Assembly (NCBI GenBank): GCA_018398765.1
Contig: JAHBMJ010000052.1
Location: 1-58,618, forward strand
Direction: 5' to 3'
DNA: 58,618 bases
Source: Chromera velia
Lineage: Eukaryota
Position numbers and translations under genes: made by a program. This document shows, piece after piece, positions 50,201 through 58,618 of the stretch. Positions within the stretch are counted from its first letter, which is position 1. Every line of letters begins with the position of its first letter. The notes below the pieces were generated by a model. That model was given only the letters and a program-made list of their open reading frames with translations. It ran no database searches and was not told the DNA's origin.

Positions 50201-53200
50201 GGCAGGGGAGATGTACTGCTGCCTGCCGTTGCGGTCCCGCGGTCCCTCGATCATTTGCGTACGGAAGAACCCGCTGATCTCGCTACACAGAAGATCCACA
50301 AACGTCTGCCGCTTGCCGTTTTCCTGTAAACATTGATTGAGAAATCAATGAGAAAAACAGGCATGAGTGTTATCCGTAATCCAACTCCATCAACACCAAT
50401 GGGAGACACGCAGGCAATTAAAGTCTGTTTATGTGACGGTGAGAGAGAGGTACAGAGAGGAAGGAGTTCTCGCTCCCTCTAAGGAGGCGACGCGATCACT
50501 TCAACACCAGGGCATACAGAGAGAAAGAAAACCACACGCAGAGCCGCGCCCACACCCACAACTATACTCAAGACGCGTCCAGGCAACCGTCCCCCCCCAA
50601 GCAAAATGTTGACACACAGAAACGCAGATAGATATGCAGACTGACATTGTGTTCAATGTGGTTGTCGACCGACAGGACAAAGGACGCAATCTCCCTCCCG
50701 ATGGCCCTCGCCAACTCGGACTGAATCCTGTCAGGAGGGGGTCTCATAATGTCCGTGTTCGGCAGCCAGTGGGAAAACGGCAGAGAAGGGATTCGGTTGG
50801 GGATCCCGTTGCTCTCCTCCGCTTGGACGCCGTTCCCGTCTCCAGTCTCATTCTGTAGTGGAAGCAGAGAGGAGACGGTACCAATTGGAGGTGCTGCAGT
50901 GGAGCCGGCGGGGAGTGCCGGGGGGGGATCTTCCTGGTGTTCTGCTTCTGCTTCTGCTGGGTGAGAGACTTCAATTGCCTCTGGAAATCCTCTTTGAGCG
51001 ATTCCTCCCTTCTTCTGCCCGTCTCTTTCCCTCTCTCCTTCCTGCTGCCCCCTCGAGCAGTCACCATCCGAGTAGAGACTCTCATCTGTCAAGGGACCGC
51101 CATTCAGATAGACCGTACCCTTTCCTTCTCCCTGCATTTCTTTCACATGACTCGCGTCTGTCTTCGGACTCTGCGTCGACAGAGCGGCTTCTGAGGGGGC
51201 AAGGGATACGGAGGCAAGAGCGGGAAAGGGTCCCACCGCTGGAGTGAGAGTCTGCGTCGTAGCAGTGTCATTCTCTCCTCCTGCTGAAACGGTTTTCTGT
51301 GATGGCTGTGGCAGCTGTTGGGCCTGTGGTTTTGTTTGCTTTGGAGATCCTCGTGCAGAGCCCGGGGGAGTTGCACGAGGAAGAGACGGCCAGTGTTCAT
51401 GGGCTTCGTCCCCCTCAGTGGGTGGAGGAGGGGGCTTTGCTGCCTCCTCTTCTTTTTCCTTTTCCTTCTCTTTCTCCTTCTCCTTTCCACCTTTGTCTTT
51501 CGCTCCCTTCTCTCTCTCTCTTTCTGCAGTTTTTTCTTTCTCTTTGTCTTTGTCCCCTTCTGCCTTGTCACCTTTTTCCTTCTCCTTTTCTCTCTCTGGC
51601 GACTTCCTCTCTCCTTTGTCCCTCCCCCCTTTCTCCTTCCCTGCAGCCGACGTGGGTCTTTCTTTACTCTCCTTCTCCTTCTCACCTTTTGACTTCTCTT
51701 TCAATCCATCCTTGTCCTTCTCAGGTGACTTTTCCTTCCTGCCCTTCGCAGGCGACTTCGGGGGCGGCGACTTTTCACTTTCTTGATGCCGCTCTCGCCG
51801 GCTCTTTGGAGCAGTCCCTGCACCAGCAATCTCCGTGCGGGCCTGCCATCCAGACGTCTTTGCACTTGCAGCCGAGGGGGATAGAGGAGGTTTGGCAGAA
51901 TCTCTTGCCCTCTGTCCTCCCCTGCTGCCTCCAGTGCCTATGGCCCCTTCGGCAAGAGGCGGCGGTGGGGGTGTGGCTACTGCTTCGAGAGGCGGGGAGG
52001 CAGAGGACGCAGAGGCCGGTCCTGAGGGGAGAGAGATGGTGGCAGAGGCAGAGGCGGGAGGCGGGATGGCGTCTCTCTCTCTGTCTCGTTGCTGAGGGTC
52101 GTGAGTGAGAGACCTCTGATGGCCAGCATCCATCGGGGCCTTCGAACTCCTTTCCCTTTCGGGCCCGTGGGCTCCTGATGTTGATGCAGAAGCAGATGTA
52201 CTGCTCTTTGCAGGGGGGCCTTTGAAAGGTGGCGGTGGAGGGGGTGGGCGTGCCATCTCACCCATCACGCGCTCTATAGACAAGGGAAAATTGGCGGCGG
52301 CAGGGTGTCCATCCATGCCACCGGGGCCCTCTTCAGGCACTCCGAACGGAGCGCAATTGTGCCCAGGAAGCCGGGGCCCTCCCATAGCTTCAAGAGGCGC
52401 TACTGTGGGGGGCAGCTGGAACCCTCCCGCGGCGGGCAGGTGCGAAGGATCAAGGGTGTACCCATAGGGGGCTGTGAAACTGCCCAAGTGGGTCAGCGGC
52501 TCAAACGCAGCTTGCCCCATCTTAGCCCCTGCTGGGTGTTGCCCAAAACAATGAACAGCGCAACCATGTTGTGCTGCACGCAGCATGTGCTGTCCGTGGG
52601 CACATCGGCATGCAACGCAAAGGGGGCTGTGGGGGGCTGAGTAATTCATAAACCCCCGACCGAAAGGGCCTACTGGAGGTGTGCGAGGTCCAAACCCCCC
52701 TCTCCCAGCAGCCGCAGCTGCCTGTAGCCACAACTCCTGTTGTTTCCTTTGCTTTTGCTGCAATTCCTCATACGCGCGAATATTCTCTTCCGAAACACCC
52801 GACCCCCCCCCTTCTCCAGAACCCCCCCGTGAGGTCCGTGAAGACCCCCCCGTCATTTGTTGTTGCTGCTGTCTGGCTTGCTGCAAGGCGACCTGCTGCA
52901 TGTGGTGTAATGACACTCCGTCTATGGGGTGTGCAACAAAGAGAGATGAGAGAGACTGTGCCCTCGCTCGTTCAAAAAAGTCACCCCCCCCTCCCACTCC
53001 CACTCCCTGTCCATCAAAACTCCGTTGAGACGCATGACTACCATGGTGGTGACCCCCTCCACCTCCTCCCCTTTGAGGCGTGTGGTGGTGGGTGTGAGAG
53101 TGCACTGCTGCAGAGTCTGCAGCATGATCCCCCAAACCCTCAGACGAAAAAGACTGATGCATCGGCTCAGTTGTCTGTCGTATTGGTGGTGGCCCCCTCC

Positions 53201-53942
53201 AACTGGGCGGCCCTGCTTCTGATGGTGGTCCGTGACCTGGGGGCCAAAATCGCCCCTGTCGTCCTAATCCTTCTGATGGTGCACTTCGTGCTCCAGCGGG
53301 TGACTGCACTCCCCGTGTACCTCCCCTCGTACTCCCCCCTCCCCCGTGCATCCCCTTTCTACTCCCCCTGCCCCCAGTTAAGGGGTGCTTTGGCGGTGCT
53401 GGTGGCATGCCTCCATGCATCCCCTGTCCCTGAGATGGCAGCATGTGCTTGCCGGGCCCCACCGTCCCCCCCGGCCCCCCAGGAGAGGACGTAGGGGCCG
53501 ATGACGATCTAGGCGTCTCGAGCTCTCGAGAGGAAACGGACCGGTGGGACCGGCTCTCAACCACAAGTGCGGAGGGACGCCTGTCCTGCACCTGTGTGTC
53601 TGCATGAGTCTGTACTGGCCTGGGCTCCACTGGACGCTCAGTGGTGGAAGAGGGAGGCAGAGTGACCGTCTCACATTTGTTTCCTGATTCCTCATGCTTC
53701 ACGGCGGATGACTGCTGTGTTGGCACTGAGGAGGAGGAAGAGATTGTCTGCCCACCTGCGTCACCCTTTTGCGCTTGACTTGCATGCACACATCCTGCAC
53801 CTGCATGAGCAAACAAGTGGCACGAAGGGCGTTTTGAATCCAATTGAGGCAGCTGGAAAACGGGCTTCGGGGAAGGTGCCAGAAACTGACCGTCAGGGTT
53901 TTCTGCTCCCTTACTTTGTGGGCCCGCCTGTGATTTGCTCAT
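47206..53942 (-). CDS. Non-canonical poly(A) polymerase / terminal nucleotidyltransferase of the TRF4/PAPD5-7 family with a ~1100-aa disordered N-terminus
   Basis: Exons at about 53942-50646, 50323-50039, 49718-49458, 49103-48929, 48627-47789 and 47358-47206 join in frame. Motifs: PFGSFETNLYLPWSDVDL (GS..DxD), ARMPIL, VDISI, LRPLVLVLKHLL...NKPYQGGLSSYALVLMVVAFLQ, LAFYG, IQDPLQPKNNVGR (PAP-associated domain). Confidence 0.9.
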
Positions 53943-54548
53943 TCTTGAGCAAGACAAAGCTCTGAAATGTGACTGACACGAATCAGCTCGAATCCAGAGG
54001 CCCAAAGTCGGACAATCTAAGCACAAAGACGCACCTTCTTCTGTTCTCCAAGCTTTGACTCACCTTTCTTCTCAAATCACATATACACTTCACTCTCAAG
54101 ACATTATTTCTGGAAATACACCGTGCTTGCGAAGGACAGCAAAAGCACGCCAAGCTGATCCCTTACTGGCAAAAATGAACATCAGTACGAAGGCGTTTTA
54201 TGATGTCTTATGTACTCTTCCGAGAAAGCCTCCGTTGTTTTCCTTCCTTAATTAAGTTTCCTTTCGCGAAGGGACATGACAAAAGCGAACGATCGAACGC
54301 GGTACGGCGCGTACAATTATAATCCGCGCCTCGGCGCGCAATGCGCGCCAACTGCTGTGTACATCTATAAGTGCATGCCGGCCCCACAAGATTGGCGCAC
54401 GCACAAACTTTACGGGGCCATGCAACTTGATCAGTATATGCATGATCATCATGCAATCGCGTATATCGGTTTTAATTTTTTCAAATTATGACGATATATA
54501 TATATATATATATATATTAAAAAAAAGTATTTTAAAAAAACGATACAG

Positions 54549-54614
54549 ACGCGCGTGCATGCATGCATGCCCTTTGATTCCGCTCGATCGATCGACGTGC
54601 ATGCATGCATGCAG
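54549..54614. promoter_or_regulatory. Paired (TGCA)n tracts flanking (CGAT)n in the divergent intergenic region; candidate ApiAP2-type TGCATGCA sites
   Basis: cgcgtgcatgcatgcatgc...ctcgatcgatcgacgtgcatgcatgcatgca lies between head-to-head genes starting at 53942 (-) and 54856 (+). TGCATGCA is an established ApiAP2-bound motif in apicomplexans; function here is inferred. Confidence 0.45.
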
Positions 54615-54855
54615 TGTTCTGTCGAATGAAGAGAGAGAGAAAGAGAGATAAGGAGAGGAGGAGCACTTGAGGTTGACTGCCACGTCACAGCTGCGGTAGG
54701 ATACAAAGCAGATCAAGAGACCTCGAGAAGATTTGGGGAGCCAAGTGCAGAGAATTTCACAAGCAAAGCGACAGAGCAACTCAAAGCGTTCACGCACACT
54801 GCGTCCGTCCATCCTTCCTTCACACAGACAAATTAAGGACTTAACTCACAAAGGA

Positions 54856-55857
54856 ATGGCATCTCCAACTCCAAGTCCCCTGCCTCCTTTCATGATGGCA
54901 ACCCTCCCCTCCCCTGCCCCCATGCGTCAACCCAGCGTTGTGCGCATTGAGGGCGCTACCACACCTCCTCCTGGAGCACCAGTTCAGCCCATGGTCACCT
55001 ACATGCGACCCCCTGTGACTGTGGCTTCCCCTGCGCCCACTCTTCGTCCTTCATTCTCCTCACCAGTACTCCCCCCTGCAGGACCTCTCAGTCCTGTCGT
55101 GCGCCCCCTTCGTCAGCCCATGCTGATGGCCTCCCCTTCCGTCAAGGTCCTTCCTCCCAGCGTCAGCCCCCCTCCTGTAGTGAGACAGCAGCATGCAGTC
55201 ACAGTCAAGCAGACAGGACACGAGGCCATCTTCAGAGGGTATGGAGAGTCCAGAAGAGACCTCGAGGCATGCAAAGCGATGATCAGGAACCTGAACTACG
55301 AGATGGCCATTCTGAAGACCTCTTCCCAAGACCTCAGCCTCAAGCTCGCCAGCCAGGAGGCAGAGATCCACATGCGCAGAGTTGCCACAGGAGCATCCCC
55401 CGAAGTCACCTCAGCCACCCGCGATGTGGTCTCAGTCCGACCCACCCTCGCGTCTGCCGAGCCCATCATGGAAGAGCTTGACCAGGCTCTGTCTGAGTAC
55501 GTGCAGGCAAACTCCCAGTTGGGGGTTCAGATCGTCAAGACTGGTCCCGGCAGATATGAGGTCAACGAGCACGCTGTGGAGATGATCAACAGCCCCACCA
55601 AGGGACCCTGTGTGATTGTTGGAGAGTCCGAGATCCCCTTGACAGAGTTCGTGATGCTCCTCAATGAGTCCACTGCAGTCATCAAGCCCAAGCCCAAGGG
55701 AAAGCCAAAGGCAAAGGCCAAGGGGAAAGCAAAGGCAGGCGCCAAGCCCAAGGCCAAGGCCAAAGCAAAGGCAAAGGCAGGAGCAAAGCCCAAGGCAAGC
55801 GCGAAGAAGGCAGCAGGAGCCAAGCCCAAGGCCAAGAAGGCCACCACAAGAAAGTGA
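54856..55857 (+). CDS. Intronless protein: Pro-rich N-terminus, short coiled coil, divergent GAS2/GAR-like domain, histone-H1-like Lys/Ala/Pro tail
   Basis: Clean 333-aa ORF with GC3-rich codons. LDQALSEYV...VQIVKTGPGRYEV...GPCVIVGESEIPLTEFV resembles the GAR pattern (LD..V...I.R...G.Y....VRVGGGW..L.EFL) without GGGW. The tail is KPKPKGKPKAKAKGKAKAGAKPK... Confidence 0.75.
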   Translation: MASPTPSPLPPFMMATLPSPAPMRQPSVVRIEGATTPPPGAPVQPMVTYMRPPVTVASPAPTLRPSFSSPVLPPAGPLSPVVRPLRQPMLMASPSVKVLPPSVSPPPVVRQQHAVTVKQTGHEAIFRGYGESRRDLEACKAMIRNLNYEMAILKTSSQDLSLKLASQEAEIHMRRVATGASPEVTSATRDVVSVRPTLASAEPIMEELDQALSEYVQANSQLGVQIVKTGPGRYEVNEHAVEMINSPTKGPCVIVGESEIPLTEFVMLLNESTAVIKPKPKGKPKAKAKGKAKAGAKPKAKAKAKAKAGAKPKASAKKAAGAKPKAKKATTRK

Positions 55858-58043
55858 AAGAAAAAACAGAAACAGGACCCCGCATCATTCGCTGCCGCCC
55901 CATCAGTCCCGTAACAATCAATGAAGAAGTCAAGCCGGAGGGAGGGTGCAGGAAGAGTAGCTTGAATAAAGAACAAACAAACAAACAGACAAAGATAAAA
56001 GGGGGCGGGGGGGATGAGGGAGAAATGAACGTGGGAGAGAGAGGGAGACTGAGAGGAGACTAAGGTTCGATCAAGGGCCTGTCTCTTCTTTTCTCTGTCT
56101 GTTCTCTCTTTTTTTTTTTCTGTGCGACAAACCAAGCCAAGAAGGCAGCACGTTGTGATGACCCTAGAGAAGACGCATAAGGCACTGGAGGTGGGAGGTG
56201 GGTTTTGTGTGCAAATTGTGCAAAAGACACGCAGGCACAGATGAAAAGGGATATGGGAAAGCGAGAAAGGAAAGCAGAGCGCGAACTTCTAAACCACCAA
56301 AAAGGCGTCTGCTGTTGCTGTCGCTTGGCCTGGGGTCATGGGCAAGGGAAAGAGATGAAAAGAAAAAACAAGCAGCTGTTGAAGCGGTGAGGGGGGGGAT
56401 GTAGCTGGAAGGGGCAAAAACGATGAAGGAGGGAGGGAGGTTTTTCGAGTGCAAGTGGAGGAAGGTCAAAGATCTGTCTGACCTTGATTGATTGATGAAT
56501 TGATGGATCGGTGATCTGCATTGCAGTGTCTGGCTGCAGCAATCAATCGATCCGATCGATGCTCAGGGTCTCCTCTCTGTTTGGTTGCGTGTTTTCTTTC
56601 TCCTTTGTTTCTTGGTTGGATGGCCGGGTGGGTGGGTGGGTGGGTGATTCGCTTTCTCTTTGGCTGTGCCCGTCTCGACTTCATCTGCGTGATTGGTGTG
56701 CCACTTTGGCATCACTTACTCTTTCCCTCTATCTCAATCTTCTGGTCCTCAACTTTCTCTTCTGTCTCGATCATCTTCTCTCTTCATTCAATTTGACTTT
56801 CTTTCTCTCAACCAACCAGGCGCTTTCGGTTCTTGCAGTTCGCCTGCTTCATCCATCCAATTAAGCATACAAAAAGATTGGAATTAAGACAGTAAGATAC
56901 GCATGCAAGACTCGTCACGACTCATCCTTGTTGGAAGCATACCAGGGTTTCGCAGACGTAGGTGCGCCCCTATCTATCTTGTCGTTCAGTCTTGCTGTAA
57001 GCATGTAAGCTGATGTTGCTGCGCAATTCAAAGCCTCATTGAGACTGCTGCCAGGCACTTCTCTTGAAAGAGAACACAGGTAAACCACAAGCAGTCGCAG
57101 TCAATTAGAGACAAGGATCGAAATTTATAGAGTGAACGTCGTGACTGAACGATATGCACGATTCAAACAAAGAAAAAAACAGAACAGTGAAAGAGAATCA
57201 ATCAAAAGAGAAAGAAAGAAAAACCGGGCGGGTTGGTACAGGCCCTACTACAGAGCCTGGTTTGAGACAGGTGGTCCGTCAGTTAGAGACACAACATACA
57301 TGAACAGATCATATACAAATGTCCGGAGCTTCAATAGTAGCTTGTTAAGCACCAGCTCTTAGACCGGCTAAAGTAGTTACCAGACCTGCTTTAAATTTGT
57401 TACCAGTTGTGCACTATTCTGAAATAATTACTACTGTAAGTATTCTGACAAGTAAAAAAAAAGAGACCAACTTACAGATAGACATTCAAATAGATATCAC
57501 ATATTAAATGTCTTATAGATAGGCATTGATATATATTAGACAAAGCGGTCCTAAAAGCGGTCTTGTTATTTGCCTGTGGGCCAGCCATCGGTGAGAAGCC
57601 GCAAGGGGCGGCACACAACATATTGAAGCATCATTAAATTATGTATGCTAGTGATTAATTTAGAGTTTTTTTAAAAAAATACATCAGAACTTAAAAAATT
57701 TTGTCTGAAATTTTAATGAATTAAATAACCATTGTTTTGCGTTATAATTGGTTAAACACTAAGATTGATCATTGATTTATTTATTTCAAGTTTGTAATTT
57801 CTGCATTAATTAAATTTAAAACTTTGGATTAAAGCTAAAAGTTCTCATTTAGGTATAATCTAGTATATAACTTTTTAAAAGATATTATGAATTAAGTATC
57901 AGTTGTTTTCGACCGCAACTCAAAAGTATATGACTTAGTATGTATTATGACTACCTTTATAGTATGTTTTGCATATTAATATGTCGTTTCAAATGTACTT
58001 TAACGTTCTATAGCTTAATGTCCCTATAAATTATATGCTGCTA

Positions 58044-58119
58044 TAGGGGCTGCACATAAAAAAAAAAAGAAAAAAATTGGGTCTCCCCAACTTTTTTTTT
58101 CTATAATGTGCAGCGCCTA
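58044..58119. mobile_element. 76-bp hairpin or minimal MITE-like element
   Basis: taggggctgcacat (58044-58057) versus atgtgcagcgccta (58106-58119) is a 13/14 inverted match. The inner A-tract-ttggg / cccaa-T-tract also pairs. gcta occurs immediately on both flanks. Confidence 0.5.
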
Positions 58120-58316
58120 GCTATGTTATAACATGTTTTACAAAAAAGTAATTACTTTGAAACAAGGGGGGGGGGGGTTTAAAATCATATGTACCCGTAC
58201 CAAATTACCACCAATTATGAACGATTCTTTAAGAAAGAGGCTTGTGGTAAAAAAAGGGAACAAATGGAAAGATTAGCTTCAACTGTCTCCCGGATGAAGA
58301 ATAACCCCCAAAGGTG

Positions 58317-58616
58317 CTAAAAAGCTCCGCCATCAAAGTCAAAATCTGCATCATCGTCTTCTTCAAAATCACTGTGCCTCTGACCCCTCCCTCGTGAAAC
58401 GTCTTCGTAACTTTTCATTGGATAACGAGGGCGCTGCGGAGGGGGGGGCCGATCATCTCCTCCTCTGTATGATCCAGAGGAAGCACTTCTGGGACGTCCA
58501 GGAGAATTCGGCTGTTGTCTAAAGTCTTCAACACCTTCTGCCTGCGTTGCTGGATTTGCTTTTTCTTTCCCACTTGGAACCTGCCGAGATTCCTCGCTCT
58601 TCTCTTTTGTGACTCC
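58317..58616 (-). CDS. 3' end of a gene truncated by the window edge (disordered, acidic C-terminus)
   Basis: Open frame GVTKEKSEESRQVPSGKEKANP...RPPPPQRPRYPMKSYEDVSRG...DFEEDDDADFDFDGGAF* (TAG 58317-58319), with a switch to coding-like composition from the AT-rich flank. Confidence 0.45.
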   Translation of the reverse strand, partial: GVTKEKSEESRQVPSGKEKANPATQAEGVEDFRQQPNSPGRPRSASSGSYRGGDDRPPPPQRPRYPMKSYEDVSRGRGQRHSDFEEDDDADFDFDGGAF

Positions 58617-58618
58617 CA

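Noticed and set aside
1..58618. tRNA, rRNA or other structured RNA genes
   Set aside because: None recognised by eye; a tRNAscan-SE/Infernal run would be needed to exclude them.

Overview
Eukaryotic, intron-rich genomic DNA. The GT-AG introns packed with (GACA)n/(GA)n/(GAAA)n microsatellites, the GC-rich exons and the TGCATGCA motifs suggest an alveolate such as a chromerid, but that is inference. The window has two compartments. The right part (about 24.4-58.6 kb) holds apparently intact housekeeping-type genes: a UTP14-like SSU processome gene, a multi-CCCH zinc-finger gene ending in a 26-aa tandem repeat, a TRF4/PAPD5-like non-canonical poly(A) polymerase, and an intronless GAS2/GAR-like protein with a histone-H1-like tail. 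The left part (about 1-21 kb) is a repeat-rich zone of decayed genes. It contains an inverted duplication (1-299 / 2702-3000), an OTU-like protease fragment, a large protein with a C-terminal phosphagen-kinase domain, two coiled-coil genes, and a PIF1-helicase/GIY-YIG fusion relic that the ORF track splits and mostly misses. It also has a 58-bp satellite with a 232-bp higher-order repeat, MITE-like inverted repeats and a 450-bp direct duplication. The main signal is that most left-zone genes are broken by in-frame stops reachable by C>T changes (CAG>TAG, CAA>TAA, CGA>TGA) with the reading frame preserved. The duplicated copies differ almost only by transitions, strand-coordinated and often in CpA/TpG context. 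This resembles a repeat-induced point mutation (RIP)-like or methylation-deamination genome defence in an apparently non-fungal genome. All identifications are by eye from motifs; no searches were run.
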